The translations under genes and the position numbers were made by a program. A stretch of 64,000 nt of DNA, from contig OZ219801.1 of NCBI GenBank assembly GCA_964291655.2, positions 128,001-192,000 on the forward strand, given 5' to 3'. Below the pieces are notes generated by a model. It searched no databases. It saw nothing but the letters and a program-made list of their open reading frames with translations, and was not told the DNA's origin. The DNA comes from Chloroflexota bacterium. GTDB lineage: Bacteria; Chloroflexota; UBA11872; VXOZ01. Shown in pieces: positions 41,670 through 51,855 of the stretch (the stretch's first letter is position 1; every line of letters starts with the position of its first letter).

Positions 41670-42485
41670 CTACTCTAAGCCGAAGATCGTATCCAAAGAT
41701 TCAGCCATTATACGCACGCCCAACTCTGGATTGTGGCGCATGGGCCCGATCTCAACGGTTACATAGTCGTCATACCCAATCTCGTTCCACGCCTGTCGCA
41801 CGGCGGGCCAATTCACATCGCCTTCCAACAAGGTAGTAAAGTGGCCGCCGGGCCGTTGCGCAACGAAGTCCTTCACATGGCACTTCTTGATGCGCTTGCC
41901 CAGAATCCGAATCCATTGCTCCGGGTAGCCGTAGGCAAGGATATTGCCCACGTCAAAGTAAGCGCCGACGTGGGGATCATTGATTTCGTCAACGAACCGA
42001 GCAAATTCAAGCGGGCTCAGCAAGAATTTATTCCACACGTTCTCTACGCCAATCGACACGCCCAGGCTTCTCGCTTTGGGAACAAGACCCGCTAGCGCGT
42101 CGCGTGCACGGTTGTACGCATCGTCGTAGGCGGTGGTTTCATCGACCACTCCCGGCACAATGAGCAGAGTGTTCGCGCCAATCTCATGCGCCACTTCCAG
42201 CATGCGCTCGTTGATGCGCGCCGCATTGGCGCGTACGTCCGGGTCGGCAGACGTCATGAGAACCTGCCAATTCAAGCTGGTATATAAGCTGGGAAGTTCT
42301 ATACCAATTGACTCGGCATGTTTCCTGATGGTGCCCAACTCGTCGTTCGTGAGGTTGACATGCAAGTATCCTTCATTGCCAAATGTCAACTCCACACCAT
42401 CGAAGCCCGCTGCTTTAGCCGTATCGAGAATTTGCGCAGGTTGCCAGTCTTGCGGCAACGCTCCCCGGTTAAGACCCTTCTTCAT
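41670..42485 (-). CDS. Sugar phosphate isomerase/epimerase (hexulose-6-P isomerase-like)
   Basis: AGFDGVEL, GVENVWNKFLLSPLE, YFDVGN, HVKDF, GDVNW. Confidence 0.9.
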   Translation of the reverse strand: MKKGLNRGALPQDWQPAQILDTAKAAGFDGVELTFGNEGYLHVNLTNDELGTIRKHAESIGIELPSLYTSLNWQVLMTSADPDVRANAARINERMLEVAHEIGANTLLIVPGVVDETTAYDDAYNRARDALAGLVPKARSLGVSIGVENVWNKFLLSPLEFARFVDEINDPHVGAYFDVGNILAYGYPEQWIRILGKRIKKCHVKDFVAQRPGGHFTTLLEGDVNWPAVRQAWNEIGYDDYVTVEIGPMRHNPELGVRIMAESLDTIFGLE

Positions 42486-42564
42486 GGTTTCCCTCTACTC
42501 TTTATTGCCCCCATTTCATGTCGACTCAAGTACTAGCGCTTACCTCAAATAAGAACATCATTCC

Positions 42565-42584
42565 ACATGAAACAGGTTTCATGT
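42565..42584. promoter_or_regulatory. Candidate operator palindrome
   Basis: ACATGAAAC-AG-GTTTCATGT, 80 bp upstream of the isomerase start. Confidence 0.5.
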
Positions 42585-42684
42585 TGAGAAGTCAAAGGAA
42601 GTCTTCCTGCTTCACCCAAAAGAGGAGGTCGAGTCTCGGAGGCGTAAGTACAGTCCTTGGACATGACCCAAGTCAACGCCACAA

Positions 42685-44310
42685 TCAACATTCAAGCACT
42701 TGCTTCCCTACAGAATCCAGCCAAGCCTTGTTCCAGGCTATGCGCCACTTCCCCCTCGTCTCAATCGTAGAATCCAAAATATCTGGCGCTCTAAGGCGAC
42801 TGATCCTCTGAAGTCTCACTGTACAGACCAAGTCGTCACCAAGACCGAAAATTGAGAGCCTTCGCCGCCGGTAATCTCGTCTGAATACGTTGATTTGAGC
42901 ATAACCAATCGGCAGCAATCCCGCGAAGCTAAAGGAGCTTGTTCTACGCGCATTTCTCTTACCATTCTTGACAATGCGCCCACAGTTGTCACGGATAATA
43001 CCTACCAGTTCTTGATCGGCAACTCCCTCAAGCACGACACTGCCCCACAAAACGGCACCCCAAGAGTTACGGTGCACGGTGGCGGATCTACAATGCATTA
43101 ATGGTTTTCCTAAACTCTCCCTAAACTTCTGGACGGCAATTGGAATAGTGATGCGAAAGCTCGTAGTGTAAGTGTCCACCTTAGCGAGTAAAGCAGGCAA
43201 CTTAGGTCGAGGCTCATAATAGAAGATATTGTCTTCAAGAACTCCCTGATACGCCGAAAGAGTATCTGCTCCACTTTCTCGCAAATCCCTTAGCTTTTCC
43301 CCGTCAAAGGCCGCCCAGCCCTGTAATGCCTTACGCGAGTGCAGCGAGAAAAAGTATCGGTCGTATCCTGGCGCCAGACTCTCACTCAGAATGCCACTTT
43401 GGACAGTTGACCAGAACACTTTCCACTTGTCCCGCGAATCTGGCCTCGCATAGATAGTCAACTGCGATCCACCAGCGATCTCAGCTTCGACGCAACCTTC
43501 AATTGCCCACCAGGGTGCCCTAGTATGTTCTTGAAGTACCTCAATCATGAACTCTCGCGGCCGCACGTAATCTTTACTCGGTGAATTAAGTAGGAACACT
43601 TTGAGCGCCGCAGCTATTCCATTGCATGAATCCAATAAGCCATCGAAGAGTTGGATCAAGTACCCTGTGTCGAGGGTTTCCTCATTTCCTTTCAGGTCGC
43701 GGTAGCGAATCCCTCGTTGTAGAAAAGTAATGCCACCGTGGGCGACGCCATTGCGGACTGTGTGTTGATAATATTCACTTAGATGCTCTTCACTTTGGCC
43801 CTCTATTTCGTCAACAATCGACCAGACATTTAACCCACTTACACACTTACCGCGATGTAGCCGGGAAAAGTAGGCTAAGGGCCGAAGAAGTGGAGTAAAG
43901 ACCCCCTCCACCAATCGTAGGTACGCTGGGTGGACATGTTTGTCGATCACTCTGATCAAGTCATATTCGTCTCCCTCAGAAAGGCGGCCGTCGTGCCATC
44001 CTTCCATGTTTAGTTCCCTAAGGAAGAGCAATGCACGATTGATCTCTAAACTGAACTGAGCGAGGTATTTCCTCAGTTGTTTCGAACATATCTGATCCTG
44101 TCTTTGGAGCCAGTACAGATAAGTCTCATAGGCATCTCTATCGAAGAATTTCTCGGGACGGCTGTGAAGATATCGCCGTAGTACCAAAGAGTGATGCTCT
44201 GATTCTGCGCCTAGTATGGTGAATACTCTAAGGATACGCGCTATATCGCGTTGATCTCGTTCCTTAGTAAGTGGGTTTTGAATTTTATCTAAAAGCTTCT
44301 CATTTAGCAT
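42685..44310 (-). CDS. Hypothetical protein with HEPN-like RxxxxH motif
   Basis: 541-aa ORF in visibly AT-richer DNA; R186-N-G-V-A-H191. Confidence 0.7.
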   Translation of the reverse strand: MLNEKLLDKIQNPLTKERDQRDIARILRVFTILGAESEHHSLVLRRYLHSRPEKFFDRDAYETYLYWLQRQDQICSKQLRKYLAQFSLEINRALLFLRELNMEGWHDGRLSEGDEYDLIRVIDKHVHPAYLRLVEGVFTPLLRPLAYFSRLHRGKCVSGLNVWSIVDEIEGQSEEHLSEYYQHTVRNGVAHGGITFLQRGIRYRDLKGNEETLDTGYLIQLFDGLLDSCNGIAAALKVFLLNSPSKDYVRPREFMIEVLQEHTRAPWWAIEGCVEAEIAGGSQLTIYARPDSRDKWKVFWSTVQSGILSESLAPGYDRYFFSLHSRKALQGWAAFDGEKLRDLRESGADTLSAYQGVLEDNIFYYEPRPKLPALLAKVDTYTTSFRITIPIAVQKFRESLGKPLMHCRSATVHRNSWGAVLWGSVVLEGVADQELVGIIRDNCGRIVKNGKRNARRTSSFSFAGLLPIGYAQINVFRRDYRRRRLSIFGLGDDLVCTVRLQRISRLRAPDILDSTIETRGKWRIAWNKAWLDSVGKQVLEC

Positions 44311-44732
44311 TTGTCAACAACCAACAAGAGTGATGTTCGAAGAGTGAGTCACGAGAAACCGCAACAAATGAAGCATTTGAACAATCAGTGACCCGAGAGA
44401 CTCTAGTCTCTGCCACAACCATGCGACAGCCACCTTGAAGTAGTCGCTCGAATCGCCTCTTGCTATTTCCATTGCAGTCCAAAGATCGTGAACATTGTAG
44501 ACGGTGGAATTCTCCAACAGGTGGTTAGAGCCTGGCTAAATTGAGGAACGCCGAGTACCGGAATCATGTGTGTATTGTGTACCACGTTTAGTTAGAAATA
44601 CAAGCAGTTGTTGGCTTAAGAATCTGATTGTACAATGATTCTTGGAGGGAATTTTCTCTCGCCTCAAATACGATCAGGGTTAGGAGAAAGCAAAATAGCA
44701 CTCCTCTCTGCTTCTGCCGCTGCTAATGTGAC

Positions 44733-47700
44733 TTGATGTTCCGTAAGTTTGGGCGCCTTATCGTGCCCCTTCGCATCCCGTTGCTTGTCTTTTGGATCGC
44801 TCTGGCGCTTATCCTCGGCTTTACGGCGCCATCTATCAGTGACGTCGGATCTTCCGATCAGACGAGCTTTCTCCCCGATTCTGCCAGGTCCATCGCTGCC
44901 CGCACATTGGAAGCTGAGGAATTCGCAGCGAGCGGCAGTGCCAGTTTCGGTCTGTTGGTTCTCACCCGCGAGGGCGGACTCACCGCGGCGGACCGTGGGT
45001 TCGCCGAATCTATCCACAATTGGCTGCTCTCCCCTCAGGGCCCTGCCATCGTGCAGGATGTGGTCTCGATTTACAGCCGTCCCGAGCAGGAAAGCACGCT
45101 TGTCAGCGCCGATGGCGCTGCCATGCTGCTCCAGGTCAACTTCACCGTTGAAGCCTTTCAGCCGGTGGTGGACGAGGCGACGTACGCTATCCGTGAGCGG
45201 GTGCAGCAAGGCAGGCCCGACGGCCTGGCCGTGCATTTCACTGGAGAGGCCGGGCTGGGCACAGACCTGGTCGATAGCATCGTCGAGAGCACGGACCGCA
45301 CAACCATTGTTACGATTTTTCTCGTAATCGGCTTGCTGTTCTTCATCTATCGTGCGCCGCTGGCAATCCTCATTCCCCTCATTACTATTTCGCTAGCATT
45401 TCTTGTCTCCCGTGGCATCCTGGGGTACCTGGCTCAGTTTGGCTGGCAAGTTTCATCTTTGCTCGATTCCTATATGGTGGTGCTCGTCTTCGGCGCCGGC
45501 ACGGACTATTCGCTATTCTTCATTTCAAGATTCCGGGAAGAACTCGCCAAGCATTCGGCCTATGAAGCAGCGGTGCGCTCTGTGCAGCGCATCGGCACAG
45601 TGATAGCGGCGAGCGCCATAACGACAATGGTCGGACTTTCGGCGCTAGGCATGGCACGATTTGGCCTGGTCCAGACGATGGGGCCCGGTTTGGCGCTTTC
45701 TGTAGGCATCACTCTGCTTGCCGGACTAACGCTAACACCGGCCCTGCTTTCCATCTTTGGCCGCTATCTCTTCTGGCCGCGCAAGACGAGCGTCGAGAAT
45801 ACGCAGCCGTCCACCTTCTGGGTACGTGTGAGCAATCTGGTTGCCAGGCGGCCGTTAGTCTCTGTGATTCTCATCACCGTGCTACTGGCAATTCCTTACC
45901 TCGGGCTACTCCAGTATCGAGAGAGTCTCGCTTTAACTGCATCTCTACCTAAGACCACAGATTCACGCCAGGGCTTCGATGCAATTGCCAATCACTTCCC
46001 GCGAGGAGAGTTTGCTCCTGCAGTGGTGCTGCTCCGGCTTCCGTCGAGCGCAGACGTCACATCTACTCCCTTCTTACGTGCCGTTGCTACGTTGCAAGAT
46101 GAACTTCTGGAGATTGATGGGGTAGATCTGACGCGCAGTTTCATTGATCCTGTTGGCGACGGGTCTGCATCTGCAGCATTCACGGTAACGGGACAGCTCG
46201 ACCAGATTGCGGCATCATTGCGGGACCCTCAAGCAGACGCAAGTGGTGATCCAGCACGCCGGCTCAATGAAGCATCGGCTCTAGTCGACGATCTACAACG
46301 GTATGTGGACGAGTTGGCAGTCGCCTTCCCCGACGTGGCGCAAGCCGCGCAGTTCTCCCAAACCCGAGAAGCGCTCGCTCGTCTGTCCACAACCACTTCC
46401 GCGCTCCACGCCCAGGCACATCCGGCCACGCAGCTACGGCAGTTGGCAGCACAGTTGCGCCAGCCTCCGCCAACGCAGAGTCCGGCCGACCCGTCCGAAG
46501 CGTTTGCTCCTGTGACCCGCTATCTAGCGGAATTGTCTCAGGCGTTTCCGGATGTGTCCGCACAGACTGCTTACGGGGAAGCAACCGAGCTTCTCGAAGG
46601 AATTCAACAGCTAGCGCAGGACGCGCCGGCGCCAGCCAATCTCTCTGCTCAACAGCGAGCGGCGCTGCAGTCTCAATTACAAGATTCTGCCGGTGGCGTG
46701 GCTGCCCAACTCGATCTACTCGCCGGATTCTTCGCCGAAAAGCCGGAGGCGGTGTTTTTCCCAAGCGACGCAGCGCAGGAATTGGGGGAGAACCCCACTG
46801 TAGGAGCGACAACCAGCCTAGCGGAGGCCCTTTCAGCATTGCGCAATGTCTTCGCGGCAAATCCTTACCCTTACTTCATTCCAGCGTCGCTACCCGATGT
46901 GGAGCAGGCTGCCAACGCTGTCATGCCGCTATTCATCTCAGAGGATTCAAAGACAGTCAGACTCTTCGTCATTCTCAATGAAGACCCGCAAAGCGCAGAT
47001 GCCATCTCTACGCTGGAAAGAGTTCGGCAGACAGTTGAGCAGAACAATGACGGCCCACTGGCTTCGGCCCAGGTTTTCTTAAGCGGCGCCACTGCCGAGG
47101 TCGCTGACGTCCAGCGCGTGATCCATCAAGACCTGCAAACGGTGGGGGTGGTGACCGTAGTAGGCATCTTTGCCGTACTCGCCATTCTCCTGCGCAGCCT
47201 CGTTGCCCCCCTCTATTTGGTTGGAACCGTAGTCTTTTCCTACGGCAGCAGTCTAGGACTTTCCACGCTCTTCTTCCAAGGGTTGCTCGGCCACGAGGGT
47301 GTGTACTACCTGTTGCCGTTGACGGTAATGGTCATGCTCATTGCGCTCGGGGCGGACTATAACGTTTTCTTGGTTCACCGCATTCGGGAAGAAAGTGCGA
47401 CATTGCCCCTGCGTGAGGGCGTACGCGTGGCCTCAGCGCGCACCGGGGCAATAATCACGGCCGCTGGAGTCATCCTCGCCGGTACCTTTGCCGCGCTCAC
47501 GGCGTCCCCGCTGCAGATGCTCTTTCAGATGGGTGCGGCTGTTGCGCTGGGCATCCTCATCGATGCGCTGGTCGTACGCTCGCTGCTCGTGCCGGGAATT
47601 GTTACGCTGATAGGCAGCGCGAACTGGTGGCCGGCATCCATTCGCGCAAACTGGTGGCCGCTCCTTCCCGCCGGTTCAAAGATCCCGCTCGGAAGTGAGC

Positions 47701-48128
47701 AAGGCCTTGCGCGAGTTGTCGTTTATTCCGCCGTAGCCGTGATCATCGCCGTGACGTTTGCCACCCGCAGCCTCTGGTATCCCGCTTCGACGGTCGCAAC
47801 AGCGCAGGCAGCCACCCACACAGACGATCTGCAATCCACGGTACCGACAGCGACACCCCAATTACTCGTAGTGCCGCCGACACCAGTGGCCGAAACCACC
47901 CCAACACCAGCACCCACACCTAGCCCCCAATTGACTACAACGCCTTCGCCTACGCCGCTTCCACCACCTGTGCCGAGAGAGTACGTCGTACAGCCTGGCG
48001 ATAAGCTCACCGCAATTGCCCTGGAGTTTGGCGTCACAGTGAGTGCGCTTGCAGAGTATAACGGGATTGAGGATCCCAACGCGATTTCCGCCGGTCAGCG
48101 CCTGCTCGTCCCGCCCACAGCACCGTAG
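44733..48128 (+). CDS. MMPL (RND) family transporter fused to a C-terminal LysM domain
   Basis: GAGTDYSLF and ALGADYNVF motifs, two TM modules, extra TM, Pro/Thr linker, YVVQPGDKLTAIA..NGIEDPNAISAGQRLLVP. Confidence 0.9.
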   Translation: MMFRKFGRLIVPLRIPLLVFWIALALILGFTAPSISDVGSSDQTSFLPDSARSIAARTLEAEEFAASGSASFGLLVLTREGGLTAADRGFAESIHNWLLSPQGPAIVQDVVSIYSRPEQESTLVSADGAAMLLQVNFTVEAFQPVVDEATYAIRERVQQGRPDGLAVHFTGEAGLGTDLVDSIVESTDRTTIVTIFLVIGLLFFIYRAPLAILIPLITISLAFLVSRGILGYLAQFGWQVSSLLDSYMVVLVFGAGTDYSLFFISRFREELAKHSAYEAAVRSVQRIGTVIAASAITTMVGLSALGMARFGLVQTMGPGLALSVGITLLAGLTLTPALLSIFGRYLFWPRKTSVENTQPSTFWVRVSNLVARRPLVSVILITVLLAIPYLGLLQYRESLALTASLPKTTDSRQGFDAIANHFPRGEFAPAVVLLRLPSSADVTSTPFLRAVATLQDELLEIDGVDLTRSFIDPVGDGSASAAFTVTGQLDQIAASLRDPQADASGDPARRLNEASALVDDLQRYVDELAVAFPDVAQAAQFSQTREALARLSTTTSALHAQAHPATQLRQLAAQLRQPPPTQSPADPSEAFAPVTRYLAELSQAFPDVSAQTAYGEATELLEGIQQLAQDAPAPANLSAQQRAALQSQLQDSAGGVAAQLDLLAGFFAEKPEAVFFPSDAAQELGENPTVGATTSLAEALSALRNVFAANPYPYFIPASLPDVEQAANAVMPLFISEDSKTVRLFVILNEDPQSADAISTLERVRQTVEQNNDGPLASAQVFLSGATAEVADVQRVIHQDLQTVGVVTVVGIFAVLAILLRSLVAPLYLVGTVVFSYGSSLGLSTLFFQGLLGHEGVYYLLPLTVMVMLIALGADYNVFLVHRIREESATLPLREGVRVASARTGAIITAAGVILAGTFAALTASPLQMLFQMGAAVALGILIDALVVRSLLVPGIVTLIGSANWWPASIRANWWPLLPAGSKIPLGSEQGLARVVVYSAVAVIIAVTFATRSLWYPASTVATAQAATHTDDLQSTVPTATPQLLVVPPTPVAETTPTPAPTPSPQLTTTPSPTPLPPPVPREYVVQPGDKLTAIALEFGVTVSALAEYNGIEDPNAISAGQRLLVPPTAP

Positions 48129-48514
48129 CGCCACTCAGTGCCGCAAGTTGATAACAGTTCAGAGTTAGAGTCGCCTGCATTGGGCACCGTACGCTTGCGA
48201 AACACGTCTCTTGCCTCCAAGTGCCGGGCGTATCTCCGTACCTGCATTGAGACATACCTCCAGAATTCTCTCAGCTCTAAACTCTTCCACGGGGCGCGAT
48301 TCTTGGGCTTGCCTCGGAGATTCCCACGAGACCTACGCACGGTACAGCTCTCGGCGCGGGTTGACTCATTGTGTCCTGCATCTAAGCGAGCTCGTCTCGG
48401 TCCTTTCAGTCCCAAGACCATATGTCTGTGATATTCTACCTGCTGAGACAACCTCTCTAAACGGTATTCAATGTCGAATTCAGGGGGGTTGGCCTATTAG
48501 GAGACAGTGCGGAC

Positions 48515-50413
48515 ATGGGATTCTTCGTCGACAGATGGCGGCGGATCGGAACACGATTATACATAGCTTTGGGCTTCGCGGTAATCCTCACCCTCGTATC
48601 CGGCGCGGTAGGAGTCTTCTACTTTGAGCAGAGTGGTGACCTAAACTTCCAGGTGCGGTCAGAATCCGTGCCGGCGTTAGAGGCGTCTTGGACTGTGGCT
48701 CAGGAGTCCGAGCGCTTGCGCAATGTGGGGCTGGGTCTGGCAGCAGGGCCCGATTCTGGGCTTCAGGGCTTGGCAAGGGGCACCGTGGCCGATTCACTGG
48801 CGCGAATTGACTCGGCATTGGATGTAGTAAACGGCGTACCGGACCTATCCCCGGATGCCCAGGCCGTAAGCGATGCGGCCTACGATCTGGCGGATGCAAT
48901 TGATAGTCTCGGCCGCAGCCGTGAGGCATTGATTAGTACAAATCAGGTTGCCGCCGATTATCGATTGATTCTGGCGACGGCCCGGTCGAATGTCGGCGAG
49001 TCGGAGGCAGCATTGTCGGTATTGCGACAGGTGCTGGAAGCCGAGGGCGAAACCGAGTTGCAGCGGCTGTGGGATGAGTTTGTAAGGCTGCATGCGCAGG
49101 GCATTGACCCTTCGGTGGCGACTCTGGGTGAAGGCGAAGGGGTATTCTACGTCCGCAGCCTTCAGTTGGCCTTGACCGCAAACATTAAAGACTTAACGGC
49201 TTCCTTCGACGCGTCAAGTGTGGCATTGGAAAATGCCGTCGCAAGTCTGCTGGCGGCATCCCGCGCCCACTCTGCAGAATCGCTCGGACAAGCGGTGAGC
49301 AGCTTCGATGAGGGACGGACATTATTGACGGGAATTAGCGTGATAAGCGTGATAGCAGCTACGCTTGCTGCCTGGCTATGGGTGGGCAACGGCATGGTGC
49401 GGCGACTCTCACGTATGTCGGAGCGCATGCGGCACATGGCCGACGGAGACTTGGAAACGCCCGTTCCGGAAGTGGGGCGGGATGAGATCGGGGAGCTTGC
49501 CAACGCTTTGGAAGTCTTCCGAGAGCAAGCACTGGAAGTGCAACGTCTCAACCTGGTTGAAAAGCTCTACGAAGAGTTGCGCCAGACCAATGCGGAATTA
49601 AAACGTGCCCAAGCCCGATTGATTGCTCAGGAAAAACTGGCCGCACTCGGAGAATTAGTATCGGGTGTTGCCCATGAAATCAGGAACCCGCTAAACTTTG
49701 TCAATAATTTTTCCGAAGGGACACTGGAGCTTTACAACGAACTTACCGAAATGTTGGACACGTATCGCGACAGAATGTCGGCAGACGATACGGCGTTGCT
49801 GGATGACATTGGCGAGGAAATGACCGCTAGTCTGAATCGTGTCCTATCAAACGGAGGACGCGCCTTGGCAATCGTGGAGCGTATGCGGGGACTGGGAGTG
49901 GTAGGTGGAGAACCGGTCGTCACAGAGTTGAACGGCCTGGTGCGGGACGCGGTGCAGTCCGGCGTAAACAGCTTTACCGCTGAAGCTCAGGGCTTTTCCG
50001 TACGGACTGAATTTGACCTGGATCCGGCGGTGGGAGAATTGTCGCTCGTAGAAACGGATTTTGGCGAAGCAATGCTCAACATCGTCAGAAACGCCTGCTA
50101 TGCGATGCAACTAAGGCAAGAAGCCTCAGAGGATGACTATGAACCGAACCTGGCCGTTTCTACCCAGGTGGTTGGCGACGTAGCCGAAATCCGGGTACGT
50201 GATAACGGCACGGGCATTACTGAAGACGTGCTCGGTCAGATTTTCAATCCATTCTTTTCAACGCGGGAAGGTGTATCCGGGGCCGGATTGGGCCTTCCTA
50301 TCGCCGCAGACGTGGCCAGGCGACTGGGTGGCGACCTTGCGGTGGACTCGGTGCACGGAGAGTACACAGTGTTCACCATGACCTTGCCCCTAAGCGTGCC
50401 TGCTCCGGTTTAG
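48515..50413 (+). CDS. Membrane sensor histidine kinase (HAMP)
   Basis: Two TMs, HAMP (GRDEIGELA), EKLAALGELVSGVAHEIRNPLN H-box, N box, DNGTG, FNPFFST, GAGLGL. Confidence 0.93.
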   Translation: MGFFVDRWRRIGTRLYIALGFAVILTLVSGAVGVFYFEQSGDLNFQVRSESVPALEASWTVAQESERLRNVGLGLAAGPDSGLQGLARGTVADSLARIDSALDVVNGVPDLSPDAQAVSDAAYDLADAIDSLGRSREALISTNQVAADYRLILATARSNVGESEAALSVLRQVLEAEGETELQRLWDEFVRLHAQGIDPSVATLGEGEGVFYVRSLQLALTANIKDLTASFDASSVALENAVASLLAASRAHSAESLGQAVSSFDEGRTLLTGISVISVIAATLAAWLWVGNGMVRRLSRMSERMRHMADGDLETPVPEVGRDEIGELANALEVFREQALEVQRLNLVEKLYEELRQTNAELKRAQARLIAQEKLAALGELVSGVAHEIRNPLNFVNNFSEGTLELYNELTEMLDTYRDRMSADDTALLDDIGEEMTASLNRVLSNGGRALAIVERMRGLGVVGGEPVVTELNGLVRDAVQSGVNSFTAEAQGFSVRTEFDLDPAVGELSLVETDFGEAMLNIVRNACYAMQLRQEASEDDYEPNLAVSTQVVGDVAEIRVRDNGTGITEDVLGQIFNPFFSTREGVSGAGLGLPIAADVARRLGGDLAVDSVHGEYTVFTMTLPLSVPAPV

Positions 50414-50490
50414 GAGCGGGGAATTAGTCTAGCTGAACACGATTGCCACTCGCGAACTAATCAATGCTGGTAATCGCGATTCCTGCAATC

Positions 50491-51573
50491 CTATTGGCGC
50501 CTGCGCAGAATCAAGTATCCGAAGACTGATACTGCAAAGATGCTTGCAAGACCTTGAATAACCATCAGCGTTATCCTTCTCCGTGGCGTGGACGCAATGC
50601 CACCCAAGGTATTGCGGATACGAGGAACAGTGTTGCTAATGACTGGAGCGGCCAGCCGCTGCAAGTCGCGTTGCACAGGCTGCACCACCGGCTCGGCTGT
50701 TGGGAGAGCGGCAGTTGCTGTCGCAGAAACGGCGGCGGGCTCCGGCGTAGGCGTGGCGGCAACATTGTTACCAACCGTTCCGGCAGTCTCAGCAGTGGGC
50801 TCAGCAATCAATGCAACCGTGGGAACAGCAATCAATGCTGGTGTGGGTGTCGGAGTCGGTGTAGGCGTCGGGGTTGGCGTTGGCGTCGGAGTGGGAGGGA
50901 TAGGTGTTGGGATTGGTGTAGGCGTTGGTACTGGCGAAGGCGTTGGAGAGGGCGTAGGGACTGGTGTCGGCCTGGGTGTAGGGCTCGGAGTCGGTGGCGG
51001 TTCCGGTGTTGCCGTTGGAGCGGGCCTCCGCGTCGGAACGGGACTAGGAGTAGGTGAAGCACTTGGTGTCGGCGATGGTGTTGGCGTCGGAGTAGGAGTC
51101 GGCGTCGGCGTCGGAGTAGGAGTAGGTGTTGGTTCGGAAGTGGGAGTAGGCGGTGGTGGCGGGGGCGGCGGCGGCTCCACGTTATCATCATCGAAGAGGC
51201 CGCACCATGATCTGGGATCGGAACCGCAACTAAACTGACACTCAGATCCCCCGTCACTGACGGCACACCCCCTCAACGGTCCCAGCGGATTGGCAGGGAC
51301 TATTGGCAGACCTCTACTGTCGCAGCCGGTTGTAGCACTATTGCTGCTTCCTCCTTCTTCAGCGTAATAGTACTTACACTCTAAGGACACTGGGGCGCCA
51401 ACACGGACTGCATAGCTCATTGCGGCTGTGGAAAACGCAATTACAATGATCAGGCCGCAGATGGCTAGCTTCCTGCTTTCCACTCCCCAGACGCCCATGT
51501 GATTCATTCGTGACAAAAGTGTATGCGGTGTCGTGCCAGCAAAGGGTCTGAGGCGCCGGAGGAAGTTCATCAC
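50491..51573 (-). CDS. Secreted Cys-rich, Pro/Thr-repeat protein with C-terminal membrane anchor
   Basis: Hydrophobic signal-like segment, 6 Cys, long (PT)n tract, terminal TM plus RRRQ. Confidence 0.7.
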   Translation of the reverse strand: MMNFLRRLRPFAGTTPHTLLSRMNHMGVWGVESRKLAICGLIIVIAFSTAAMSYAVRVGAPVSLECKYYYAEEGGSSNSATTGCDSRGLPIVPANPLGPLRGCAVSDGGSECQFSCGSDPRSWCGLFDDDNVEPPPPPPPPPTPTSEPTPTPTPTPTPTPTPTPTPSPTPSASPTPSPVPTRRPAPTATPEPPPTPSPTPRPTPVPTPSPTPSPVPTPTPIPTPIPPTPTPTPTPTPTPTPTPTPALIAVPTVALIAEPTAETAGTVGNNVAATPTPEPAAVSATATAALPTAEPVVQPVQRDLQRLAAPVISNTVPRIRNTLGGIASTPRRRITLMVIQGLASIFAVSVFGYLILRRRQ

Positions 51574-51855
51574 TCTTTTAGCTCACACAATGACTTGAAG
51601 AAGTGCCGACACTCTAGCTGTCAAAGACATGATACACTTCAATGCGGATCGCTCGGTCCCCCAACCCTTCTTCGGAGCATAGCTACCCGACTTACATGCT
51701 CCGCCAGCACGGAATTCGTACGCAATTATTGTATCGGCAATGCCGCCTCCCGGCCTATCGAAACTAAGTCCCCGCCTCTCACCTGCTCCGTTGCCCAGAG
51801 TCATCTTGCATTATACTATCGGCACGGGAGGCTTTTCCCTTAGGCGGAGGCTGGT

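Noticed and set aside
44314-44517. 67-aa ORF as an antitoxin for the HEPN-motif gene
   Set aside because: TTG start, no clear RBS and no MNT or HTH motif
44500-44535. attC-like CTAAC...GTT upstream of the HEPN-motif gene
   Set aside because: The boxes are too close together, there is no matching downstream site and no integron integrase
50588-51238. 216-aa Gly-Val repeat ORF on the + strand
   Set aside because: It is the antisense shadow of the Pro/Thr repeat gene
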